In this document: positions 1 to 11,710 of the stretch, piece after piece
How the letters are laid out: each line of letters opens with the position of its first letter
How positions within the stretch are numbered: the first letter of the stretch is position 1
Position numbers and translations under genes: made by a program
The notes under the pieces: model-generated
The model's input: the letters and a program-made list of their open reading frames with translations, nothing else
What the model was told of the DNA's origin: nothing
Databases searched by the model: none
Assembly: GCA_964035545.1 (NCBI GenBank)
Contig: OZ037767.1
Coordinates: forward strand, 15,876,998-15,940,997
DNA length: 64,000 nt
Source: Bugula neritina
Taxonomy: Eukaryota; Animalia; Bryozoa
Direction: 5' to 3'

Positions 1-667
1 AAAATATAGAAAATGCAAAATTAATAGGTTTATGCAGAGCAAAGAAATTTATTTGTGTGCCAATTATAAAAAGCAATTGACTCAATTTTTTTTAAATGCA
101 CATAAATTTCAATAGTATTCAAATAAATTGCACGTAAAATGTATAAATAGCATCTAACTGGGAAGCACCAATCGAAATGACCCAAATGTAGGGTTCAACT
201 CTATCCTAGCTTCCTATAAAGGTTTGTGAACGAATAATGTTGTTAGGTGCGGATTGTTCCATAATTCTTATGTAAATAAAATTTTGCTTAAACATATGTA
301 GTTGTAGCATTGATCTCACTTTCTGCTCCTATCAATTACTGTTTAGCTTCATTAAGACCTAGGGATGATAATTACGTAATACTTGTGAAAAGTAGCGTTG
401 ACTTAACAACTAAGTGGTTTCAGAGCTACTACAAAATATTTTTCAGCTTACACTAATCGGATTAATTTTCAATTTCATCAAAATAAGTGCAGGTCTAACA
501 ACTATTAGAGGTGTGGTGCAGGCTATACCGACAATAAAAGGCTCTTTGAACAGCTTTAGTGCAAGCACTGCACTAATATTTCTCACTGTGTAAAATATGC
601 TTAGATTTAAAGTCACTTCAACAATGTATCAAACAGCTGAATTTTGTTCAAATTATATATACTGTAG

Positions 668-1917
668 AAAAGAATGAATCTAGCCAAAGTGTACCAAGAC
701 CCATTCGCTATGTCGGCAAAATTGAAGTTGGAGAAATGACTGATGACATCATATCCTTTATTGAACATCCAACTGATTCTACTAAAATAATGGCAGCTAC
801 ATCAAAACAACTTGTAGAGATCAATCATCATGGAGACTGTACAGTAGTAGCTGGTGTGCAGCTGCAAGGTTGTTTGCATACGCAAAACTCACTTTCATTT
901 GCTTCCATCAGTCATATTTTTTATGCTCACTTCACTGATCTGAATTTACATCACTTCCTGTTTAACAAGTCTGTCATCTTGGTGGCTGATGAAGGTGACC
1001 ATTGCATTAAATTCTTTGAATTTCAACAGAAACCTTTGTTCTCTAATTTTCAAACCTACAAAATTGGCAATTGTGGACTTCCACAAGTATCCCCTTTGTT
1101 AGCTGATAAAGTTCGACACTTTAGTGAACCTCAGGCAATCATGCTGAACACCCCAAAACATCTTTCTCTGTACCATGACTCTGAGACTATCAGACTGGTT
1201 GTTAACTGTGTGCTGACTGAAGTATACTCTGTTATTGTTAGTATCTATCCAACTCACACTGTAGCATATGAGTACAGTGGACACCCCGGGTACGTTATTA
1301 CCGACATGTTAAATCATTTTGATTTTCCAATGATGAAATCACAGGGATTTAGCAGTGTGGAAAACAAAAGTGATTTAGCAAAGGTTGATTTGCATATTGA
1401 GGATAATCTTGGCAAATTAATCGGGGTTTATTTTTATTTTTGTGAGTCAACTATTAGTTCAGAAGTTCCCAGACTGTTAAATGATTTGCCAACAATATTA
1501 TTGAGTGGTAAAATTCAGTATTTGATTTACAATCATACTAGTCAGGAGCTGTTCATACGGAATTTACAAATTTTACATCTTCCTCTGGAAGCAGAGTCTA
1601 AACTGAGTCAATATACTGTAGCACGTGATTCTCTCATACTCTACAGTCAAAGCCTGAAAACATTTTATTTCACAAAGAAATATTTTCAATATCAGAGAGT
1701 TAGTGAGAGTCAGTGTAGTCATTCTATTATACAAAAGTTACAGGTGAATGGAGCTGAATCTTGTGCTTATGTCTGCTTTAAATATGGCAATCTTTGTGTT
1801 TACTTTTCATTTAATAGTGTAGACAACTTCTGTTATATTCATAATGAGGTCAGCAATACTAGTTTCATTACTACTCCAGGTTTCTACTGTTACACATCTT
1901 TAAATTATATATTTTAA
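668..1917 (+). CDS. Terminal exon of an NHL-like beta-propeller + C-terminal PAN/Apple protein (paralog of 15833-20432); upstream exons not identified
   Basis: ORF 736-1917 is open back to a tgtag acceptor at 667; NHL-like ILVADEGDHCIKFF; PAN-like ESCAYVC..LCVYFSF..NFCYIH; colinear similarity to ORF 19215-20432 (GDCxVxAGVQL, FxSISH, ILYSxSxKxFYFT). Confidence 0.75.
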
Positions 1918-3406
1918 ATGTTTAAACAATTTGTTGGTTCTTTTAACAACGATATTATATCCCAATTTTAATTTAGTAAGTTATCACACAAATAATAACT
2001 TATTGAATGAGTTTTCTGACAAAGAATAATAACTTATTGATTGAGTTTTCTGTCAAAGAACATAAGATATTTCTGATGCTGGTAACATTTACAATTATAT
2101 TTATGTTTACAGTCTAATATCTATGTTTCGTACAATATTTTAGTTATGTTGACATTTATGCTATAGCTGTTGTGAATTCAATAAACACTAATCTCGGTTC
2201 TATAATGTGTTTTATCTCAATATATAACTAGATATACCATTTTAATCAAAAAAAAAGCCATAATCAAAAAAAGAGAACAATGATCAGTTAAGGTAATTGA
2301 AAGGGCACAACAGAAACCTATATTATATGAAATGGGCAAAAGAGGACAACTCTAGATATCCATAATATCCCAGTGATAATTTCACTTATTGACTGCAAAT
2401 GCATATTATTTGTTTGATTAGCCAATTAAAAATCAGTGACTATGTTTTCAACAGCCATGCTTGTGTTTTACTAAATCAGCCAATCAAATAATTGCTAAGG
2501 TAGCATTCAATTCTCTTAACTAACTTATTACATTATTTCGTCAGTTTAAAACTTCAAAGAAGCATCCAATATGTTATAAAGGATAATGAGTGCTTCTAGT
2601 AACATGTGACAGCATGAACTCTGATTGGTATCGCTGACTGTGTTATTACTAAGTGAAAAAACATTGAGGTAACGAAACAGTAAAATTTTTTTCACTCTGC
2701 TTTATTTAACATATTATATACTTATTTATATATATTTAGATGCTGAGTAGTGAATTCATCACTGGAACTCATGCATGCAAGATAACAGAAATATGTATGA
2801 GGCAAAATTTAAAAATATGATGAAGTAATTTAGCGAAGCATGCAGTAACAAAATTGGTATAATATAATAATTGATATATATAGTAAGAAATATTGTTATT
2901 GTGGGCTATAATAAACTATTTTAGAATTAAACTAATGCATGTAATATATTCATAAATCAATCAAGCTTTACATTATAACATATAACAGCCTAATTGTTAC
3001 ACATAATATTTCTATTCGTTATATAATTCAAGCTGCTTTCTTCGGTAATTTCATGGCAAAAACGAACACTATATAATAATGCTATATGCTGTATCAACTG
3101 TTATAAAATGATAATAAAAACTGATAATATATAATATAAAGTAATATAAATGCATAATCAAACAACTCAGGTAAAAACTAAACAATAATAAAGTCTAAAA
3201 AGTTTATCAAAATACAGCGTAAAGCTATTACAAAGTATATTTCCTTGCTATATCATGATAGTATAACATGGCTGCATGAATAGAATCTATTACCAGTTGT
3301 ATAATTTACTTGATCAGAATGTCTTAAAGCTAATAGTATATGCAGCTTATAACCAGTTAGAATGTCAACGTAAGTGAGGTAAAGACATTTACTGTTGAAG
3401 AGCTAT

Positions 3407-6400
3407 TCACTTGTTTTTCTTCATTCCAAAAATGGTAAGCTTTCCATCATTTGCTGCTTCTACCACTTTTGACCAATCGGTAGCTTCCTCACATAGTTTG
3501 CCAAGCGCAGACAAGCCTCCTTTTTTTGCACTGTCCATCCATTGTCCAATTATCTGAAATTTATATTATGGGGGAAATGTCAATGAAAATGCATTATATA
3601 TAATAACAATGTTTATATATTATATTAAAACAAATATAAGAGTGTATAATACTATCCCATGTTTTGAGGCTTTAATAAAACATATGATGTTTAGGCAACT
3701 GGTACTCAAAGCTTTTTATGCTATGGTCATCAAAAAATTGGCAAAAGAAACAATTTTCTTCTGCATTTTCCTATATTTTGTATTATATGTTATATAAACC
3801 TGTAATACCTGATACACTTCAATTACAATACATATATAAACAGTGTATAATTGTGCTATATAGCTCATGGTTATAGTATCACAGTTTTATATCTTTCAAT
3901 ACACTAACTTGTTTATACAAGAGCCCTGTGTTATTATAACAGCACAGCTTTTCATGTTTTGTTTATATACTACTTCAAAGAACTCAAAATGAAAAGGTGC
4001 TTAAACAAAATTCTTGCAAGTGTGAATGCAATCAATGCTTAAACAAAAGTGTTGATTTTGCTTTTATTATATAACTAGGATATATAAGTTAAAAGTCTAC
4101 CTCATCTAGTTTATCTTTATCCAGTACACTCAGGTAGTAGATGTATCTGAATCTGTCAATAGTTTTACGACATTTCCCGGTTGGTTTAAGAGCATCATGT
4201 ATAGACTTGGCTCTCTTACTTGTCAGTTGATTATGTACGTATTCCATTAATTGTATAGCCTGTTCAGGTGTTTGTACTGCAAGGAACACAGGATAAAGCA
4301 TGTACATATTAAGCTATGAGAAGATATGAGTATAAGTATTCTACCTCTGCTATAGGAGATAGTACTGAGTGTCATATAACAGCTGGTCATATATATCAAA
4401 CTCTATAGTTGCTGTTTTATGTTATAAAGAGTAAGGGTTGTCTTATCTTATTATATATAGCAAGAGTTGTCTTATCTTATTATATATAGTAAGAGTTGTC
4501 TTATCTTATTACATATAGTAAGAGTTGTCTTACCATATTGGAAATTTGTTGCAGCATTAGGAGCTGACAAATCTGGGCCAGCCTGCTTGTCACTGACTCT
4601 TTCTACAAAATACACAAAAGTCATGCATGCTATCGTAATGGGTAGGCTATCAATGAGGTTATATATAGGAAACTTTATAAACACATGTTAAATTAAAATG
4701 TAAACAGAATGTTACATTTTTATTCATGATTACTGTAATTTATTTCAACAAACCTGTAACCAGTGTTTCTTGGTTCTCAACAAATATTGAGAATGGGACA
4801 TCCACTAATCCAAGTCTGAGACAGTCGGAGTACCACGATTTATCTGAAAAAAAATACAAGTTGATCAAACAAATAAAATCTAAAATATCCATCAATTATT
4901 TATTTTTACCTGCTAGGCAAAGATTACAATAAAACAAGTATGCATTACCTTCATCTAGAATGCGAGTCACACTGTCCTTTCCAATAGAACGTTTGAGATC
5001 TTCAATAGTCATGTGATCTTCAAATGGATAAACTATATTCTCTCCTTGAACTTTTACGGTTACTTTACAGTTTTTCACTTTACCTGCATAAAAAACTCAT
5101 CACATGATCACAAAGCCAACTTTAACCCTAGCGTAATTTCACATCAACAATGTAACAAATAGGTATGTTTAGAGGCACACACACACAAGTAACTTACTCT
5201 TGAATGGCCCATCTGATCTGGTAGGAAGTGAAACTGCTTGGTGTACTGATACAGTAGCAGGTATATCTTGATGTGGTACTGCAACCACTGCATCTATTAG
5301 ATAAGGAACCTCAGTTGGCTGCGCCATGTTCTCCATTGTGTTTTCTGCTGGCACATGTTCATGTGGTGCTGCAACACTTGAAAAAGCTTGGTGTGGTGCC
5401 ACAGTGTTTAACTGACTCAGTTGTGATGATCGTGTATCTGACGTTAAATCATGTGAGAGAGTAGTCGACTGAGTTGGTACTTCAACTGTAAAGATAATAC
5501 AAATAATATTCTACCTATTATAAATGTTGAGGACATTGATTCACAAAAATAATTTATTTAGTAAAAAAGCTTAATATATGGCAGTCAATTATCATTTGTT
5601 TAACAACTCAGTAATTATTTTATAATTTTTGACATTTGGGACAAATAAATTTTTATAGTAAACTGCAAGAATCAGCAAAGACTACCAGACTACCAACTTA
5701 TATAACTTACATGCAGTCCTTTGATATTTATTTGAGGGTAAAACTGTCATAGCTGTTTCTGCAGGTCTTTTGTTGTGGGAAACCTTGTTTGTTTGCTTTT
5801 TCAAGTCAAAAAGTTGAATAAACGAATTGCTTTCTTGTGCGAAGTCAATAACAGGAGAACTTGCGTTAAATTTTAAATCGGATTTGTGTTCATTTTCTAT
5901 TTCCCTGTTTCTAAAACTTCCTTTCTGCATTTGTACTTCTGGTGGCGCATTGTTAGGAAAGTTGGAGATTGAAGGTGGTGGCTGTTTGAACTGAGTGTCT
6001 GCTTCTCTGTGGATGTTGCTGTCACCATTCAAATGCGAAGGGATTGTAGATGGATTGTTGTTGGAAGATGGAGGGTTGAAGAGAGACCAGTCCTTTGAAT
6101 GGTTGAAAGATGGGGCATTTAATTGAAGAGGCTGAGATGGTAAGCTGCTTGTGAAATTCTCTGATCTAGGAAACCACTGTGGTTTCGATGGTGTGGGTAG
6201 GTACGGCATAGAAAAAGAACCATCAGTATTGTTCAGTGGCTCAGCATGCAGGTGTTGTGAAGGGAGTTGAAACCAAGGTGGTTGATGATGGATCAACTGT
6301 GGCGCTGTTTGTAGATAAGATGGTTGTCTTAGGTGTGGTGGTTGCAGCCAGTGCTGTGTAGATGTTGGTTGATGTGGTAAGCCCGGCGATAACTGTGGAA

Positions 6401-8740
6401 ACTCACCACTCTGCAAAGGATGGTGAGGTGTCTGCTCTTTCCAAAAATCTGCGTCTAAAAAAATTTTAAACATGTATAATAATAAATATATAGATTATTG
6501 TTAGAGGCACTTAAATAGTGTGAGTACAAAGATTAATTACAGCAAAATGTTATGTACGATTAATTGTTTCAGTTTGTGGGGTAAATAATTGTAACATAAT
6601 TTATTTTTTGGAATTTGTCAAATTAGCAATTTCTTTGTAGGGGTGACGTGGGGGGAGGGGCACAACAGTCATATAGGGTACAAAAAGCCAGTCAAATTGT
6701 GAGAGAACTTATTGACTTAGAGTTGTGAGCTTTTTTAATAAAAGGTATTGACATAATGGCCGGAACCGAGAAGTTGTGAAAGAGATAAAAACAACCAACT
6801 GATTTTACATATAATAGTCCACTGGTGTAGCATTTAGACTAGAGATTTTTGAACTAGTTACTCAAAAAACAGACGAATGAGAGCGAAAAACTCAACAAGC
6901 GGCCGTTGTGCCCCCCTCCGGTAACCCCTATTTATTAAATTATTGAATATCAATTTCACTCTATTGCATTATGCATCATTTCTAAATTTCAGAAACGCAT
7001 TCGTATTTGTTTTAATAATAGCCAAATTGCACTCTTTTATTGACCCGTTCTGTTTATTTTAAAAATGATCTATCTATTGTTACCTGTGACAAAGCATAAC
7101 GAACAAATTCCTGTCTTTATCCAATTATGCTTTTTAGTCATTGGAAACATTTATTTAGCATGCTATACTTAAATCATAGATGGAGAATATAAAAGCCAAT
7201 CTTTTAAAACTTTATAATTTACTTTTCATTATTGCATGAGATTGCTTTGTACTGCTAACATCACACACTTATTTTATTTCAAGGTTAGTTGACCCAAACT
7301 AAAAAAGTTTTGTTAAAAGTAAGTAAGTCTACCTGGAACTTGACTTGTTGCATCATCCTTTTGTTCTGTAGAAGCAATTCTCTGGAGTCCAAATGTTTCA
7401 TTATTTACACCAACATCTAAAGGTATTCTTTCTGCATGGTTTGATATATTGAAATGTTTTAGCTGCTGCTCTGCTGTCAGCTGACTCATCAAAAGAGTGA
7501 GAATCTCCGTTTGGTTAGTCTTAGCTGCTTCCTGTATCACTGTATTACCATCTCCATTCTGTATCTTGAGCAGCTCTACCTTCTGTTCTACTGATAAACC
7601 ATCTAGTAGACATTTGATGATGTCAGTATGACCTTTCTTTGCTGCACTGTGTATAGCTGTCTCATCCCTCCAGCCCTGTATCTTGAGTAGCTCTACCTTC
7701 TGTTCTACTGATACACCATCTAGTAGACATTTGATGGTGTCAGTATGACCTCCCAATGCTGCAATGTGTATAGCTGCCTCTTTAGGGAAACTCTGAGTCT
7801 GTATCCTGAGTAGCTCTACCTTCTGTTCTACGGACACACCATCTAGTAGACATTTGATGGTGTCAGTATGACCTTCCCATGCTGCACTGTGTATAGCTGT
7901 ACTATCTCCACAGTCTTGTATCTTGAGTAGCTCTACCTTCTGTTCTACTGACACACCATCTAGTAGACATTTGATGGTGTCAGTATGTCCTTTGCATGCT
8001 GCACTGTGTATAGCTGTCTCATCTTCACAGTCCTGTATCTTGAGTAGCTCTACCTTCTGTTCTACTGATACACCATCTAGTAGACATTTGATGGTGTCAG
8101 TATGTCCTTCGAATGCTGCAATGTGTATAGCATGAGACTCAGTTGTCTTGAGTAGCTCTACTCTCTGTTCTACTGATACACCATCTAGTAGACATTTGAT
8201 GATGTCAGTATGTCTTCCGCATGCTGCACTGTGTATAGCTGTCTCATCTTCACAGTCCTGTATCTTGAGTAGCTCTACCTTCTGTTCTACTGATGCACCA
8301 TCTAGTAGATATTTGATGGTGTCAGTATGACCTCCCAATGCTGCACTGCGTATAGCTGTCTCATTCATCCAGCCCTGTATCTTGAGTAACTCTACCTTCT
8401 GTTCTACTGACACACCATCTAGTAAACATTTGATGGTGTCAGTATGACCTCTGTCTGCTGCAATGTGTATAGCTGTCTCATTTGCACTGCCCTGTATCTT
8501 GAGTAGCTCTACCTTCTGTTCTACTGATACACCATCTAGTAGACATTTGATGATGTCAGTATACCCTCCCCATGCTGCACTGTGTATTACATCACACTCC
8601 TCACACAATAGTCTATATCTCTCTTCTAATGATATGAAAGGAAGGCACTTCTTCAGCTCAGTCAGAATATTTCCCTCATCGTCTCTATATCTAATACTAG
8701 TGAGTAATTGAGTAAACTTCAGCATTTCATTCTGATTCAT
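3407..8740 (-). CDS. Ankyrin-repeat protein with P/Q/S-rich linker, ubiquitin-like segment and helical C-terminal domain (~1018 aa, 8 exons)
   Basis: Exons 8740-7333, 6454-5711, 5485-5198, 5083-4949, 4843-4754, 4602-4534, 4276-4101, 3553-3407; all introns GT-AG with matching phases (1,1,1,1,1,1,0); joined frame open to TGA 3409-3407. Ten ankyrin repeats (TAIHxAAxxGHTDTIKCLL). Confidence 0.8.
4430..4533. repeat. ~30-bp tandem repeat (3-4 copies) starting at a splice donor
   Basis: Unit taagagttgtcttatcttattatatatag. Confidence 0.85.
6640..6928. mobile_element. MITE with TA target duplication (Tc1/mariner/pogo type)
   Basis: Imperfect TIRs ggggtgacgtgggggaggggcacaac / gttgtgcccccctccggtaacccc, TA on both flanks; no ORF; in intron 1 of the ankyrin gene. 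Confidence 0.7.
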
Positions 8741-9080
8741 TTTAACTGACCTTTTAGTAAGAACTCTCCATCTTTAGCAGCTCTTCAAATAGACTAATAT
8801 TAATAATAATATGCTAGACTAGAAAACTCCACGATACACAATGACAATGTCTATCCTCAGACTATATATAATATTATTACTAAATTATAACTTATTTTTT
8901 CATTTTAAGCTCTAAACTTTCACACGTGTATAACAATAGTCGTTAACTTTCTGTAAATTACTAACCAGAATCTTCTCAATATAACGTGCCTACTTGTGTA
9001 GCGCTATCTATCAACTATAACTATAACTAGCCTGTACAATACGCAGTTCCGTAGTACAGGGAATACACGAGGAAATAGAT

Positions 9081-9090
9081 GGGAAATTCC
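9081..9090. promoter_or_regulatory. Consensus NF-kappaB site ~340 bp upstream of the ankyrin gene
   Basis: GGGAAATTCC matches GGGRNWYYCC exactly; function unproven. Confidence 0.35.
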
Positions 9091-10274
9091 ATTCGCTCCC
9101 ATTACTCAAATTATTTAGGCAGGACTATGATTTTCGGCCTGTCAACAAACGGTTGCGTTAGGTAACACGTCAAAGTGGGGAATACTTATAGAATATTATC
9201 ATAATTATTGATAGGACAACACAACCCATATTACTCAGCCTGTTGCATTCTGTAAATAATACGGCATGACGCATTTGATGTTGTACCAACTACCAGGCAG
9301 TGGTTGTAGACAGTCATGCTATACAAAATTATAACATGCTTACATAAGCTGTTCATAATATAATATTTGGAGTAATATAAACTTTCAACTTCTATATGAA
9401 CTTCCGTACCATGAATGTTATCCTACATGAAATTAGGATTAAGTGTTATAAAAGTTCGATTGAAGTCAGCTATTGTCTTGGCGCTAAATTAAAAGCAATA
9501 ATTAATAGAAGAGTTAGAATGTTTACAGCCCTATGTTATTTGTAACATTGTGATATTTATGTTTCAGACTATTATATAATATATTATGGAATGTTAATCG
9601 GTAATTTAATTTTGCAAATGCAAGCAAACAAGTATATCACGTGTAAAAGCAAAGTTTTTAAACATAGTTTTGCGGTGGCTTATATTATGTTAGCTTCATT
9701 CAAAATATCTGGCAAAGGTCTATACCATGAGCTAAATGACATTTCTCTAATGATCATCATAATTTTAACTCATTATACAATTATAAAATAATTGCTTCGA
9801 ATAAAAATGAAAACTTCCATATGAATAAAACACTTGCATGACCAATATAAAAGATGAAAGTAGGTTAAAAACCAAAGAGATTGATCAAATATGTAAAAGC
9901 TTGAAATAATTTTTCATCAAAGAGAATATTTGAAACAGCTAATGTAATTTGTTGTATTAACAATCACATTAATGTGTATTTAAACACTAAAAAATAATGC
10001 ATAATAAGAAGCTTCATGTAAAAACAAAAAAACTGTTTTAAGGATTTTATATGAGTAATTTCCCAACAGTATTATAAATTGTATAATGTTCTTGCTATAA
10101 TAACATAATATTCTGAGGCTGCATAAATAGAGAGTGTATGCATGCATTATGAACCTATCACCATATTTAGTTCTTTATAGCATTAGCTTAATGATAACTG
10201 CACAGGCCATTAGGTGTTAAACTATTTGATACAATTAAAAATCTGTACTGTTGAAATGAGCACCCCATGTGTTG

Positions 10275-10412
10275 TTATTTATTCTAAAAACAGTAAGCTT
10301 TCTATCATTTGCTGCTTCCTTCACAATTTAGACCAGTCAGTGACCACCTCACATAATTTGTCAAATTCACACATGCCTCTTCTTTAGCATTGTCCATCCA
10401 TTGGCCGATTAT
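10275..10412 (-). pseudogene. Decayed copy of the last exon of the ankyrin gene
   Basis: Reads IIGQWMDNAK.. vs IIGQWMDSAK.. at 3553; acceptor AG mutated to AA, frameshifts and stops. Confidence 0.8.
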
Positions 10413-11710
10413 TTGAAAAATTCAAATTTTTTTAAATATCCAAACTGTGTTGTGAATTACAGCTAATAAATCGGTCAGTATAAAGTCTTATGAGCTAGAA
10501 TAGAATTTGGAGGCATTGGTGTAGTAAATCTATTAAACATCAGTAGCAAGGGGTATTTAATTGTTGAAAGCTGGAAAATGCTGTAAAAGATTAAACATAA
10601 CAGTGATGAGCAAATAGTTTAGTTAGTAAATTAAGCATGTTTACTGCATATCGCTGTGGAAAACGTCATCTATTGTGTTGAGTGTCTTATGGCGCGATGT
10701 AAAAAGTCCATTAGTTTCGCTGGCATGGCACCAGTTAACAGTCAATTCTGCTAAATGCTTTTCTATATTCAAACTAGCTGGTGCCATTGCAAAGCTATCA
10801 ATCATGATTTATTTCATAAGCTCTTTACGTGATAATATGTGATGTACTTTATTTTCAGTAGTTCAAATTTTCTTAAATTTGTCACTTTTGTCCAATTTAA
10901 GTTAGAATAGAGACTTGTAGGTCACAACTACTGCATAATATTATTGTAATTGTGAAAGAATATCCTATTTCGGAGTTTTCTGCTCTAATAATGAAACGCA
11001 TGAACACACACTATAATTATTGTCGTACCAAAGGTGATAAAATAAAAATAAAATAAAATAAAAACTAAATTTACATTAAGTTATTGCTATAATATTTTTA
11101 ATAACTACTAAATTGAAAAAAAATGTACTTTGGTTAAATGAATACTTATAATTACATTACCAAAAGTTTATGTTTTCGAATTGTACCCATAGCTGAAATG
11201 AAAAAGTAAACATTTTCTAGTTCATTGGCAAAAGTTAAGAATTTTACTTTTGACTTGGCGAGTATGTCAACTTTATTTTTCAGATAGTAGCTTGAGAGTT
11301 TTAAATCAAAGCTTTTTAGACGATACGGCGCTAAAAATAGAGCATTTTTTCAAAGAGAAAATCTCTGTAGAACTTTGGTTACATAAGTGTTTTCGACCAT
11401 CATAAGTTTTGTCACTGTATATAATCCAAAAATGTAAATTAAAACATGTAAATAATATTTATATAGAGTTAAGCTTAATGAAAAATTCTATTTTGCTGAA
11501 TATCATTAATGAATATTTATATTGCAATAATTAAAATTAACATCGTTGTAATTTAATCTAAGACAGAGTAAAACTAAAACTAAAGTTTCAAAGTGAAACT
11601 GAAAGATTCAATAAATATAATTCAATTTCAAAAATCATATTATTATCAATATTTGATATTCATATTAAATTTAATATTATTACTGTGATTAATTAATAAA
11701 TAGTTATAAC

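Noticed and set aside
674-739. Frameshift near the start of the first gene's exon (alternate frame MNLAKVYQDPF resembles paralog MNQKELRDLF)
   Set aside because: Similarity too weak and the main frame is already open from the acceptor.
7923-8711. Plus-strand repeated SSSTFCSTDTPSSRHL ORFs
   Set aside because: Antisense shadow of the ankyrin repeats.
10480-10790. Possible two-exon minus-strand ORF with faint hAT-dimerisation-like words
   Set aside because: Short, no diagnostic motif, no TIRs located.
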